From IMG/VR virus record IMGVR_UViG_3300046694_000619: a stretch of 64,000 nt of DNA; one strand, 5' to 3'. Positions within the stretch are counted from its first letter, which is position 1, and each line of letters starts with the position of its first letter. The notes beneath the pieces are model-generated. The model was not told where the DNA came from. It searched no databases and saw nothing but the letters and a program-made list of their open reading frames with translations. Shown piece after piece: positions 20,015 through 30,069 of the stretch. Origin of the DNA: a virus (lineage: Duplodnaviria; Caudoviricetes). The position numbers were made by a program, and so were the translations under genes.

Positions 20015-20392
20015 ATGAAAAAGCTTCTTCCCCACGCCAAACCGATGTCGGTGTGCCTGGCCATGGTGTTCGGCCTGGCGATGTATCTCATCGTTGCGGC
20101 GCCTCTCTTGCCGGCGATTGCCCAGCATGCAGGCTCGGCGTCGGCGTTCGTGTTTGGACTTGTCGGCATCAGCGCAGCGACTGTTTTCTTCGGCTGCGTG
20201 GTGTTCTTTCTGGCGCTGGCAGCGCTTGTCGTTGCGGCCCGCGGACGGTCCTTCATCGCGTACACCCGAGTTTCGCGATGCAACAGCCTGGCGGGTTGGC
20301 TCTGCGCCAGCTGGAATTTCTTCGGCGCCGGCGGACAGCAGGAAGGCGTACGGTTCTTCGGTCTCGAAGTCGCGCTGCAAGGCCGGCTGTAA
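20015..20392 (+). CDS. hypothetical membrane protein
   Basis: GAGG RBS; 2-3 hydrophobic segments. Confidence 0.55.
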   Translation: MKKLLPHAKPMSVCLAMVFGLAMYLIVAAPLLPAIAQHAGSASAFVFGLVGISAATVFFGCVVFFLALAALVVAARGRSFIAYTRVSRCNSLAGWLCASWNFFGAGGQQEGVRFFGLEVALQGRL

Positions 20393-20408
20393 CCGCGGCC
20401 GCGCCCCC

Positions 20409-20888
20409 ATGTCTGTCATTCCCAACCTCGAGCTTTCGCGCGAACGGGCGTTTCAGCTGTCGAACGACCTGCGTGCGCATGTCGAGACCTTCGACTCGAA
20501 CCAGACCGACGTGCATCATGGCCCGGTCGAGCTGACAGTGATGGGTATCACGCCCGACATCGTGCAAGCGAAAGAGGCGTGGCCACACCGGGACCCTCAC
20601 TGGGAGGGTTATGTGTTCTTCACGATGACCGCCGACGGCAGCATGTACGATTTCGGGACGTCGACCAGACCGGATGGCATCATCGTTCATCCAGGCAAGG
20701 TGTTTCGCGTCGACCCGCTCGAGCTGCACTGGCTTCGCCCGGACCCGACGGTCTCGTACACGTGGACGGCGCTTCAATGGGTGGTGCCGCTCGAGCAGGA
20801 GCCAGCCTTCGTCGATGCCCTGGCTGCCGCCATCCGCGCCTGGAACGAGCCCGGCTTTGAACTTCCGGTTCTCGAATTCCGAAGCTAG
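20409..20888 (+). CDS. hypothetical protein, possible cupin / 2OG-Fe(II) fold
   Basis: WPHRD...LHWL gives an HxD...H spacing. Confidence 0.5.
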   Translation: MSVIPNLELSRERAFQLSNDLRAHVETFDSNQTDVHHGPVELTVMGITPDIVQAKEAWPHRDPHWEGYVFFTMTADGSMYDFGTSTRPDGIIVHPGKVFRVDPLELHWLRPDPTVSYTWTALQWVVPLEQEPAFVDALAAAIRAWNEPGFELPVLEFRS

Positions 20889-20936
20889 TTTGAGCCGGAT
20901 TAATCACATTCGCAGTGGAGAATTCAGGAGAATCAG

Positions 20937-21209
20937 ATGTTCAACATTCCAGCCAACGCTCGAAGCGTGAATATTGCGCAACTGTATGCGCGTCACCGGC
21001 CGTCGGGCGCGGACCGGGCAATCCAGCTTGCGAGCGAGCGCGCAGCGGAAATGGCGGCGCGCATCTCGGTGGCGCGTGCTGACTCGACGCGCGTCATGAA
21101 TGAGCTGATGCGGCGGCAGTTCGAGCAGGCGGATAAGATTGCTTCTGTGAGTCGCCTTTTTGTTGGTTCGACGCAAAATGCACTTGGCAATTGCACGCAG
21201 AAATGTTAG
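20937..21209 (+). CDS. hypothetical protein
   Basis: AGGAG RBS. Confidence 0.55.
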   Translation: MFNIPANARSVNIAQLYARHRPSGADRAIQLASERAAEMAARISVARADSTRVMNELMRRQFEQADKIASVSRLFVGSTQNALGNCTQKC

Positions 21210-21288
21210 GACCCGCTTGGTCGATTTTGCGTTATGTGATATACTGCGTCCCAACAGTTAACAAGGCATCACCAGGAAGAGACCAGAC

Positions 21289-21777
21289 ATGAACTTCTTC
21301 ACCCGTATCGACTACATGAGCCTGAAGCCGGGCAACAAGACCGCAGGTTTTTTCCTCGCGGTCGCGGTGTCTGCGCTGAAGACGCTCGGCACGGTGCAGG
21401 TCACGGATGAAGAGCGTGCGCGCCTGCTCGAAGACGCAAAGACGCGGGTTCGCCGCGCGGAGCTGCTTCCCGCCGAGCTGGTCGAGGAGTGCGGTCTGGA
21501 GCTGCTTTCCGGCAGCGGGATTCCGCGATACTTCTGGGTGAACCAGATGTTCGGAGGCAGCCTCGGCGCCAATCCTGATGAGCTGGACAAGGTCTCGCGA
21601 CCCGACCAGGCCGACTGGCTGGGCGAAGAGATGATGTACACGCCGCATAACGTAGATGCGCCCAAGCAGGCGCTGGTGCTCATGATTCTGGTCCAGACCT
21701 GGGCAGAATGGGCATGGGGCAAAATTCTGGTCGCAGAGCACGCGCTGCTGCGGCAGGAAAAGGAGAATAAATCATGA
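21289..21777 (+). CDS. hypothetical protein
   Basis: TGATATACT at 21237-21245; RBS. Confidence 0.7.
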   Translation: MNFFTRIDYMSLKPGNKTAGFFLAVAVSALKTLGTVQVTDEERARLLEDAKTRVRRAELLPAELVEECGLELLSGSGIPRYFWVNQMFGGSLGANPDELDKVSRPDQADWLGEEMMYTPHNVDAPKQALVLMILVQTWAEWAWGKILVAEHALLRQEKENKS

Positions 21778-21992
21778 CCGTTCGACGGCTCGACGACCTG
21801 CGCGCAGCCGTACTGGGTATCGGCGGCGCGCTGGCGGTGTACTACGGCTTTGCCACCACCCAGGTGCTCGCCGGCAACAGCTCGCTGGACCGGCCGGTGA
21901 CCTGGCTGGGACTCGTTGCTGGTGTCGCTGCTCTGGGATGGGTCCTGACGTCGGGCATCTCGGCCCGACGCCGGAACCAGGCAGGCCTGTGA
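21774..21992 (+). CDS. small membrane protein
   Basis: AGGAG RBS; two TM segments. Confidence 0.55.
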   Translation: MTVRRLDDLRAAVLGIGGALAVYYGFATTQVLAGNSSLDRPVTWLGLVAGVAALGWVLTSGISARRRNQAGL

Positions 21993-22204
21993 TGCAGCTG
22001 AAGACCAACATCGAGCCGATGGACCCGGGTGTCTGCACTCCTGGCTATTCGAAGGGCTGGAAGTACGCGGAGTGGTTTCTGTCGATGGGTGGCGCCACGC
22101 AGGCTGACGCGCCAGACAACTGGGCAGAGGACCGCGTCAATGGATTCAGCGACCGGCTCGTGCGAGAGCGCGATGTGCGGGCCGCGGTACCGCAACTGCA
22201 GTAA
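21992..22204 (+). CDS. hypothetical protein
   Basis: TGATG coupling to the upstream gene. Confidence 0.55.
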   Translation: MQLKTNIEPMDPGVCTPGYSKGWKYAEWFLSMGGATQADAPDNWAEDRVNGFSDRLVRERDVRAAVPQLQ

Positions 22205-22274
22205 GCAACGGGGCCAGCAAGCCCCGTTTTCTATTTGAGGCTACGTTTTCGGCGCGGATGCAAAGGAGAGGGCG

Positions 22275-22541
22275 ATGAAGGAAAAATACATCAATGAGGC
22301 GTACCCGGAGTGGATGGTGTTTGGGGCGTATCCGAACGGGAACGTGAACCTGACGGATGCCAACAGCGCCTTCGACGCCGAGATGTCCGCGGCCGCCGCA
22401 GACGCCATCCTGAAGCAGCATCAACACCTGTACCGTGCTTTCGTGCGCATGGCTTCCGCCTTCGAAGCGGCATCTCCTGAAGCTTTCAAGCAGTTCTGGT
22501 ATGGCGGCGGACGCACAGACGTACAGCCGAATCAGCCGTAG
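22275..22541 (+). CDS. hypothetical protein
   Basis: AGGAG RBS. Confidence 0.65.
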   Translation: MKEKYINEAYPEWMVFGAYPNGNVNLTDANSAFDAEMSAAAADAILKQHQHLYRAFVRMASAFEAASPEAFKQFWYGGGRTDVQPNQP

Positions 22542-22741
22542 CCCGCGATAGTCCCCTGCCAGCGCTCCTCCTTCCCGGCAAATGCGTCGTCGTCGCGCGA
22601 TTCTGCCAATTCCCGATTCCTATACTGAACGTTGCAGCTTGACACGGAAAGTTAACTCTTCCGTGCCATTCACGCAAACAGCTTAAATTGTGATATACTA
22701 CTTGCGTCCAATTCAAAACCTTCGTAAGTGTAATTCGCACT

Positions 22742-23176
22742 ATGCCTAACTCCACCCTGCGTGTTCTGCCGTCGTTCGCCTGGCACGTGGCTCAGCTGCT
22801 GAGCTTTCAGCACGACGGTCGCGGTTTGCCCCGTAACGGCAGCCCGTCGCTGATGTTGATGGTGGGACTCAAGCTGGCGCTGACCTGCATGGTCATCACG
22901 ATGATGATGCCCGAGGTGGGGGTGGTATCTGGTTTCCTGAAGTCGCTCATGGCGGTTGCCGCGCTCTATGCGTGCGCCAGCGCTTCGCGACGGTTTTACG
23001 CGTTCTCGGGCTATCTGTTGCTGTGGTCGGGAGTCGATGTCGGTCTGCTGGTACTGAACCTGGCAGTCGACCACGTCCCGGAGGCATTCATCACGACCTG
23101 CTATGCCTGGGGTCTTTCAGCTTTTATCGTGCTGCTCATGCGGGCAGCGACACTACATGAGAAAAACACAAGTTAA
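22742..23176 (+). CDS. hypothetical membrane protein
   Basis: Four hydrophobic segments; TGATATACT at 22691-22699. Confidence 0.6.
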   Translation: MPNSTLRVLPSFAWHVAQLLSFQHDGRGLPRNGSPSLMLMVGLKLALTCMVITMMMPEVGVVSGFLKSLMAVAALYACASASRRFYAFSGYLLLWSGVDVGLLVLNLAVDHVPEAFITTCYAWGLSAFIVLLMRAATLHEKNTS

Positions 23177-23212
23177 TAATCGCGCTTTGGCGCCCCATGG
23201 AGAGGTGCGCTG

Positions 23213-25228
23213 ATGCTTCGCCGCAAATTTTCCTCTAACGACAGCCTCGACGGCATCATCCTCAGCGTCGACCCCCGCAGCCAGGGCCCAGCGCATCTGC
23301 CCGTCGTCAAGCCGCATGTGAAGGTCGCGGCACTCTCCGGTACCGTCTCTCTCAACCCCCGCGGTTTCGGTTTCATCACCGGCACCGACGGCGAGTCGTA
23401 CTTCCTGCGCGCGAATCTCGCGCGGTTCCTCCTCACTGGTGATACGGTCCGGTTCATTCCGCTCGAAGGCGGAGATGGTGACAGCCGCGAAGTTCGCGCG
23501 CTCTCTTCGGTCTCGCGGCCGGCGGGGCGCCTGCTGTGCGAAGTGCATCAGGTGGCCGACCTCACACACCTGGTTCCGGATGACCCGTGCTTCCTCCCGC
23601 TGCAGCTCGCTGCCGGCGAGGCCATGGCGCATGTGCCGGGCGACGTCGTCGCCGTGCGCGTGCCGGCATACGAAGGTGCGCCGATTGCCCGGCCGCTGAA
23701 CGTCACGCTCGAGCGCAATCTCGGTCCGCGTACGCGGGAAGGCTTTGACCTCGACTACGCGCTCGTGCGCTTCCAGTTCGACGAAGTGATGTCGGAAGAC
23801 CTCGTGTCATTGCGAGGCCTGGCTGCCAGCGAGCTCGATGCGCCGGACGGAAGTGACATCCCCTTTGTCACTATCGACGGCGAGAGCACGCGTGACTTCG
23901 ATGATGCTGTCTACGGCCGCGCGCTGCCTCACGGTGGCTGGGAAGTCCAGGTGGCCATCGCGGATGTCTCCTGGTACGTCACAGAGGACTCCGACCTCGA
24001 CAAGTGGTCGGCCAAGCGCTGCACGTCGCTCTACCTGCCGGGCCGCACGTATCCGATGTTGCCTGAGGGTCTGTCGACGGACCGCTGCTCGCTCGTTCCG
24101 GGCAAGCCGCGGCGCGCAGTCGTGCTGAAGCTCGAGCTGGATGCTGCCGGTAACGTCGTCAAGACCGAGCTCGAGCGCACGCTCATCGAGTCCGCAGCTC
24201 GGCTGACGTACACACAGGTCGCGGGCTTTATGGCCAACAAGCCGGATGTACGTTTCGCCATGCATGTCGAGCACAGCTTGCAGGCGCTGACCGATGTCTA
24301 CGGCGTACTCTCCGAGCGTCGCGAGAAGGCAGGGCGCCTCGATTTCGACGAGCCGGAGCCGACGATGGTGCAGGCCGAGGATGGCACGTGGTCGTTGAAG
24401 TGGGAAAGCCGCAACGATGCGCACAAGCTCGTCGAAGAGCTGATGCTGCTCGCGAACCGCACCGCGGCCGCGATGCTCATCAAGCGCTATGGGGCGGGTC
24501 TCTTCCGCTTCCAGCCGGCGCCGGACGCACAGGCCTGGGGCGAACTCAAGGACTGGGCGTTTGCGCACAGCTTCACACTGCCGGATGCACCGAGCCTGCG
24601 CGCGATGTCGGAGCTCGTATCGTCGCAGCCGGACGCCGAAGCACAGGCCGCTGCCTCGCTCAAGATTCGCTCGGCGATGCAGCCGGCGCGCTACGTGGTT
24701 CAGCGCAGCACAGAGCAGGGTGGTCACTTCTCGCTCTCCGTGGACTGGTACACCCACTTCACAAGCCCGATTCGTCGGTATGCCGACCTGCTCGTGCACC
24801 GTCTGCTGCTGGCGCCGGAAGGCCATCAGCTTTCGGCTGCAGACTGGGCCGCGCTATCCGCACAGGTGGAGCACTGCTCCGAACGGGCGCACGGGGCACG
24901 CCTCGCGGAGCGTATGGTCTGGGACCGCCTGAAGCTGCAAAGCTTCATGACGGCGAACTCGAACGAGGATGTCGTGGCGGCGCGCATCGTGCGCACCAAC
25001 CAGCGTGGTCTTCGCGTGGTGGTATCCGGCTGGCAGTGCAGTGCCTGGCTGCCTGCGGCTGACCTGCGCGAAAACGGACACCAGTGGCTCGACGATGTCT
25101 GGGTCGGCGGCGACCCGGGCGCGGCGCGGGTGCTCAACGAGGGCGTACAGGTTGCGGTTTCCTGGACGTCGCTGTCCCTGGCTCGACCTGCATATCCGGA
25201 ATTGCAGGTGAAACTGAACAGGGGGTAA
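23213..25228 (+). CDS. rnr: RNase R / RNase II (RNB) family exoribonuclease
   Basis: Cold-shock-like N-terminus (RGFGFI), TIDGESTRDFDDA, LVEELMLLAN, YTHFTSPIRRYADL. Confidence 0.92.
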   Translation: MLRRKFSSNDSLDGIILSVDPRSQGPAHLPVVKPHVKVAALSGTVSLNPRGFGFITGTDGESYFLRANLARFLLTGDTVRFIPLEGGDGDSREVRALSSVSRPAGRLLCEVHQVADLTHLVPDDPCFLPLQLAAGEAMAHVPGDVVAVRVPAYEGAPIARPLNVTLERNLGPRTREGFDLDYALVRFQFDEVMSEDLVSLRGLAASELDAPDGSDIPFVTIDGESTRDFDDAVYGRALPHGGWEVQVAIADVSWYVTEDSDLDKWSAKRCTSLYLPGRTYPMLPEGLSTDRCSLVPGKPRRAVVLKLELDAAGNVVKTELERTLIESAARLTYTQVAGFMANKPDVRFAMHVEHSLQALTDVYGVLSERREKAGRLDFDEPEPTMVQAEDGTWSLKWESRNDAHKLVEELMLLANRTAAAMLIKRYGAGLFRFQPAPDAQAWGELKDWAFAHSFTLPDAPSLRAMSELVSSQPDAEAQAAASLKIRSAMQPARYVVQRSTEQGGHFSLSVDWYTHFTSPIRRYADLLVHRLLLAPEGHQLSAADWAALSAQVEHCSERAHGARLAERMVWDRLKLQSFMTANSNEDVVAARIVRTNQRGLRVVVSGWQCSAWLPAADLRENGHQWLDDVWVGGDPGAARVLNEGVQVAVSWTSLSLARPAYPELQVKLNRG

Positions 25229-25231
25229 CCG

Positions 25232-25921
25232 ATGACGGCTATCCCGATGATTCAGACTTCCACCTTCTCGGCCCGGTTGACGAGCCTGCTCTCCGGGGTA
25301 CTGATGAGCGCGGTCGCGCTCGCGAGCATCCCGGGACTCGACTATACGACGCACCTGCCTTTCGGTCTCGAGCGCACACAAGTCGAAGTGGTGACCCAGG
25401 TTACGGATGCGAAACCCGTCCCGCAGACGACGTTGCCGTTCAACCAGGGCACCGTGGCGAACTATCTCTCGCGCGAGTGGAACCTGGATGGCTCCTACGC
25501 CAGCCAGGTCGCCTCAGCCGTCCTCTCGGCTTCCCAGCGCCACGGCGTGGACCCGTTGCTCCTCATGGCGGTGGCGGCGACCGAATCGTCGTTCAACCAC
25601 AAGGTAGGCAACCCCGGAGGCGGTCAGGACCCGATGAAGCCCTTCGGCATCATGCAGGTGGCCGGGCGCTACCACACGGACCTCTTTCCCGGCGGCAACG
25701 TGAAGGCGACCTCCGTCGGCGAGAACGTAGACATCGGTGCTCAGGTGCTCAAGGAGTATCTCGAGAACGAGGGTGGCAACGAGCGGCGCGCGCTCCTGCG
25801 CTACAACGGTTCTCTCCATGTGAGCGACAAATATTTTCGACGCGTGAATGAGCTCAAACGGCGCCTGATGCGCGGCCTGATGGCGCAGCGCAGTATCGAC
25901 GATGATGATGAGCCTGCGTAA
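25232..25921 (+). CDS. soluble lytic transglycosylase (SLT) domain protein
   Basis: N-terminal TM; AVAATESSFN, GIMQV, ALLRYNG. Confidence 0.88.
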   Translation: MTAIPMIQTSTFSARLTSLLSGVLMSAVALASIPGLDYTTHLPFGLERTQVEVVTQVTDAKPVPQTTLPFNQGTVANYLSREWNLDGSYASQVASAVLSASQRHGVDPLLLMAVAATESSFNHKVGNPGGGQDPMKPFGIMQVAGRYHTDLFPGGNVKATSVGENVDIGAQVLKEYLENEGGNERRALLRYNGSLHVSDKYFRRVNELKRRLMRGLMAQRSIDDDDEPA

Positions 25922-25949
25922 GCGCTTGAGGACAAAAGCATTCCCAATC

Positions 25950-25979
25950 AACGGCAACCTCGGGTTGCCGTTTTCTTTT
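25950..25979 (+). terminator. intrinsic terminator
   Basis: AACGGCAACC-TCG-GGTTGCCGTT followed by T tract. Confidence 0.85.
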
Positions 25980-26115
25980 GCACTTCAGTGTTGACATCGG
26001 GCTGGAAACGAGAGTTTGAAAAGCAGTTGCGAAAACTCTATTTCATGCTATACTATTTCTCATCGCAGTCGAACAAATCTCTGCGACCCGAAACCTACAC
26101 TGGAGTAACACTAGC

Positions 26116-26403
26116 ATGACCACCCCGACGTTCAACATGAAAGACCTGTCCGATGCTGTCGCCGAGCGTTTCGACCTGACGCATCAAGCCGGCGCCGAAG
26201 TCGCGCGCTTCGTGTTCGACCGAATCAAGGACGAACTGGCAGCAGGCAAGCAAGTCCGTCTGCACAAGTTCGGCACGTTCGAAGCGCGTCAGCGCGCAGC
26301 CGGCGTTGCACGCAATCCGGTGACGGGCGACCGCATCACGGTCCCGGCACGCCGCGTGGTCAAGCTGACGGTTTCGCCGGCACTGAAGGGCGCGCTGCAC
26401 TGA
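26116..26403 (+). CDS. HU/IHF-family DNA-binding protein
   Basis: VRLHKFGTFE.R.R..RNPVTG..I.VPA; TTGCGA-N16-TATACT promoter at 26027-26054. Confidence 0.93.
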   Translation: MTTPTFNMKDLSDAVAERFDLTHQAGAEVARFVFDRIKDELAAGKQVRLHKFGTFEARQRAAGVARNPVTGDRITVPARRVVKLTVSPALKGALH

Positions 26404-26524
26404 GCAGTACATCGTTGTAGGCCAGGCGCGTTCTGCGTCTGGCATCACCCCCATTTCTCGCTATACGGTTTGCTGGCGCTACGCAAGTGTCGCCGTATTT
26501 CCCCATAGAAAGGAGCTCACTCAC

Positions 26525-27286
26525 ATGAAGTTGAAACATCTGGCCGTTGCTGCCGTAGTTGGTCTGGGTCTCGTCGGTTCCGCGATGGCGGCCGACAGCC
26601 TGGCCGGCATGAAGGCGCTGGCCCAGTCGGAAAATGGCCTGACCGTGTCGGGCGACGTGCACGCGCAGTCGTCGTATCAATACCGCGGCATGCAGTTCTC
26701 GGACGGTAACCCGTCCATCGGCGCAAGCATCACCGCGCGCCACTCGTCGGGCCTGTACGGCACCCTCGAGAGCGACACCATCAACCTGACGCCGGGCGCG
26801 TCGAACCTGCACCAGCTGCAAAACCAGGTGACCGTCGGCTACGACTTCCGTCTGCCCCACGACGTGACCGTCGGCGGTGGTTTCACCCGCAACATCTTCA
26901 CGGGCCAGAACCACGTGAACGACCTGTCGTTCAGTGAAGCGTTCGTCGGCGCCGACTGGAATGGTCTGTATGCGAAGGTCTCGACCGTCATCGAAAGCGC
27001 GTCGGCTCCCATCGCAGGTTTTCAGACGGGCGACACTTTCGGTGAAATCGGCTACACGTACCACCTGAACCAGTTCAGCCTGGGCGGTGACGTCGGCTAC
27101 GGCCTGCACAACCACGCGGACGTTGGCCAGAAGAACGGCCTGTCGCTCGCGCAGGTTCGCGTCGGTTATTCGTTCAACGACCACGTCGACGTAGGCGTGA
27201 CGTACCAGTTCGCGGGCAACGACGCGTACGGGTTCACGAACACCGGCACGCACAAGGTTTTCGGCAAGGTCGACTACAAGTTCTGA
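26525..27286 (+). CDS. TorF-like putative outer-membrane porin
   Basis: Signal peptide; SSYQYRGMQFSDGNPSI; beta-strand pattern; C-terminal YKF. Confidence 0.75.
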   Translation: MKLKHLAVAAVVGLGLVGSAMAADSLAGMKALAQSENGLTVSGDVHAQSSYQYRGMQFSDGNPSIGASITARHSSGLYGTLESDTINLTPGASNLHQLQNQVTVGYDFRLPHDVTVGGGFTRNIFTGQNHVNDLSFSEAFVGADWNGLYAKVSTVIESASAPIAGFQTGDTFGEIGYTYHLNQFSLGGDVGYGLHNHADVGQKNGLSLAQVRVGYSFNDHVDVGVTYQFAGNDAYGFTNTGTHKVFGKVDYKF

Positions 27287-27306
27287 CCACCGGCGGCTGT
27301 ACGCGG

Positions 27307-27345
27307 AAAAACCCACCATTTGGAATGGTGGGTTTTTTGTTTTTT
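27307..27345 (+). terminator. intrinsic terminator
   Basis: AAAAACCCACCATT-TGG-AATGGTGGGTTTTT. Confidence 0.88.
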
Positions 27346-27705
27346 GGCTGTGGTATACCTAATAGTATGATGAAAGTCGACTGCGCACTCCACCTTGGAC
27401 GGTTCTGTCGTGGCGCGGCAACCACAATTGTCAAGTAGCACAAATTCATCGGAATTCTCCTCCAATAGTAGTCATTTGGGAGCGGTTCCAAAAGCGTTAA
27501 AGTTCTAAAAAAAGTTGCCGTTACACACAACTATCTTGTGACGAGAGATGAATCGCCGTTGAGGAGAATTGACTGCATGAATGGGGTCAGATTGCGCCAG
27601 TTTGCGCATCGGTAAGAACGGCCTGATGCCTTGTCGTACAAGTAGAAAAGGTTTAATCTTTTGTGTTTTTGAATCGGAGGGATTCGTCCTTCCTGGAACG
27701 TGCGT

Positions 27706-29202
27706 ATGGGTTGGCAGGCTTGGTTCAAATGGCTTGTGCCCCGGAAAAGCGGTACTGCTGTTGAGTCGTCCACATTCCCTGTCGAAGTCTTCTGGCGGTC
27801 GGTATGCAGTCTCAAGCAGCCTGTGTTGCTTGTAACCGGTGCGAGCGTACTGAATGTTCTCGCGGCAACTGAGGAAGCGCATGCGCTTCTTCGTTGTCGC
27901 AATGCGTCGGAAATCTGCAATCTGGTTCACAGCGGGCTGGACCCGCATACGCTGTCGCGTATACAGATTGCAGTTGCGAACCCGGGAAACATCGTGAACG
28001 ACCTGCCAATCCGGATGCACACTTCGGATAACTACGTCACGGTCAATGTCTCGGTTTCGGCGCTGCCGGAGTATCCGGAAAAGAACGCCGCGCTGCTCTT
28101 TCTGAAGGACAGCAAGGACGCGCTGTTTCCGGGCTGGTCGAGTCTTACTCGCGACCTCCTGTCGGCACTGCCGCATCCGTGCTGGGTCGTCGATGCCGCC
28201 GGCAGCACTGTGTTTTCGAACGCGGCGTTTGGTGGCTCTCCGATGGATGTGTTGCGTGCGCGCACGTCGTCCGGTCAGAGTCGCGACCAGGCGGAGCTTG
28301 AGCTGCTGGTTACCTTGCGGACGGACCTGAGGGACCGTCCGGCGCAGGTGCGCAATGGGGATTCGATTGCCTCGCACATTTACGACCTCGGGGTCGACGG
28401 CCGCTGGAATGTCTTGCACTTTCCGCTGACGGGCCGGGATGGTGATGGGTTTGTCGGTGTGATGGCTCTTTCGCTTGAGCCGCGTGAAGGGATGCGCTAC
28501 GTGATACAGAACGGGGCGCTTGGCAAGCAGGAGCTGCAACGCATGCTCGCAGTGAAGGAAGCCGAGCGTACGATGCTGGCGCGCGAGATACACGACTCTC
28601 TGGGCCAGCAGTTTACGGTGCTCAAGCTCGCGATGCGCCGGCTGGACCAGCTGGTGCTGGGTTCGAACACAGCGTCCGCGGAAGCGGTCCAGCAGTTCCA
28701 GTCCGTGCGTGAGCTTGTCGACACGCTCGCCAAGGCGGCACGTCGTATCGCGTTTGAGATGCGCGAAGACAACGTGACGCTGCAGGGTCTCGCGCACTCC
28801 ATTCACGAGCTGGTGTCGGACCTGCGCACCCGGCTCGGGATACAGATTCAGTTCGAGCTGGCGCCGGGCTTTGTGGAGCCGGAGCAGAAGTTGGCGCAGA
28901 ACATGCACCGCAGCGTGCAGGAACTGCTCAACAACGTGAGCAAACACGCCAAAGCGAGCCGGTGTCTCGTCCGAATGGGCCTCGACGAGAACACCTACTG
29001 GCTCGAAGTGCAGGACAACGGGGTGGGCATGCCGTCCCACGTGAAAACGCGGTCGATGGGGCTGCGTAGTATGAGAGAACGAGCGGACCTCTACGGCGGC
29101 AAGGTCAGCTTCACGACCCGGCCAGACGTCGACGGAACGCTTGCGCGTATGGAGCTGCCCGAGCGACGTATGCACCCTGCAGGAGTACCAGCAGGGGATT
29201 AG
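27706..29202 (+). CDS. cytoplasmic sensor histidine kinase (HisKA_3, PAS-like input)
   Basis: AREIHDSLGQ H-box, QELLNNVSKHA N-box, DNGVG, GL.SMRER; no clear TM segment. Confidence 0.9.
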   Translation: MGWQAWFKWLVPRKSGTAVESSTFPVEVFWRSVCSLKQPVLLVTGASVLNVLAATEEAHALLRCRNASEICNLVHSGLDPHTLSRIQIAVANPGNIVNDLPIRMHTSDNYVTVNVSVSALPEYPEKNAALLFLKDSKDALFPGWSSLTRDLLSALPHPCWVVDAAGSTVFSNAAFGGSPMDVLRARTSSGQSRDQAELELLVTLRTDLRDRPAQVRNGDSIASHIYDLGVDGRWNVLHFPLTGRDGDGFVGVMALSLEPREGMRYVIQNGALGKQELQRMLAVKEAERTMLAREIHDSLGQQFTVLKLAMRRLDQLVLGSNTASAEAVQQFQSVRELVDTLAKAARRIAFEMREDNVTLQGLAHSIHELVSDLRTRLGIQIQFELAPGFVEPEQKLAQNMHRSVQELLNNVSKHAKASRCLVRMGLDENTYWLEVQDNGVGMPSHVKTRSMGLRSMRERADLYGGKVSFTTRPDVDGTLARMELPERRMHPAGVPAGD

Positions 29203-29253
29203 TGGGGCATTCCGCGGTATTACAACAACACAAAATTGAACGAGGGATTGAGC

Positions 29254-29892
29254 GTGAGTGTGCCAGAGGTTGTAGTTGTCGATGACCACAGCATGGTGCG
29301 CAAAGGCATCGCCATGCTTGTGCAGGAACTGGGCTGGTCGATTTGCTATGAAGCGTCTTCGCTTCAGCAGGCGCGGATGGCTGTCCGGACGACGGGTTGG
29401 ACCATGATGGTGCTGGACCTGCAATTGCCCGACGGCGATGGGCTGGAACTGATTCAGGAGTTGCGCTCGGCCGGCTACAAGCAGCCGATTCTCGTGCACA
29501 GTCTCATGCCTGATTCCGCGGCGGCCGGCCGGGTGTTCAAGGTCGGCGGAAGCGGCTTCATCAACAAGACGTGCGACCCGTCGGAATTCCTTGCGGCGTG
29601 CCAGAAGGTGGCCGCGGGCGGCCGGTACGTGAGCCCGGAGTATGCGGAAGCGCTGGTCATGCAGGCTGGTGGCATGCCGTCGACCAATCCGCATGAAAAG
29701 CTCTCGGAACGGGAGTACCAGGTGATGTGCCACCTCGCGGCGGGCAAGTCACCCTCCGAGGTCGCGGCCGCCATCAGCGTTGAGGTGGGTACCATCTCGA
29801 CCTTCCGCTCGCGCGTGCTGAAAAAACTCGGGCTGAAAACCAACGCTGACATCATGCGTTACGCGCTGAGCCGCAAGCTGGTCACCATTTAA
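29254..29892 (+). CDS. NarL/FixJ-family response regulator
   Basis: VVDDH, LDLQLPDGDG, FINK, LuxR-type HTH (LSEREYQV...LKKLG). Confidence 0.92.
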   Translation: MSVPEVVVVDDHSMVRKGIAMLVQELGWSICYEASSLQQARMAVRTTGWTMMVLDLQLPDGDGLELIQELRSAGYKQPILVHSLMPDSAAAGRVFKVGGSGFINKTCDPSEFLAACQKVAAGGRYVSPEYAEALVMQAGGMPSTNPHEKLSEREYQVMCHLAAGKSPSEVAAAISVEVGTISTFRSRVLKKLGLKTNADIMRYALSRKLVTI

Positions 29893-30069
29893 CCCGGCCG
29901 ACTAGCCTGCGACCGGTACCCACCGGCGGTATCGTGGAGGGAGCGTAGACCCTCTTTTGAACCTCCTGCTTCGACCGTGAAGCGCAAAAACGCGGTCTTT
30001 TTAACCCTGCATCCTTCAATGCAGGGCGCCAGGCGCTATACCACTGCAGACCTCAAGGTATACCGCCAA

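Noticed and set aside
27505-29733. 742-aa minus-strand ORF
   Set aside because: Antisense to the clear kinase and regulator genes.
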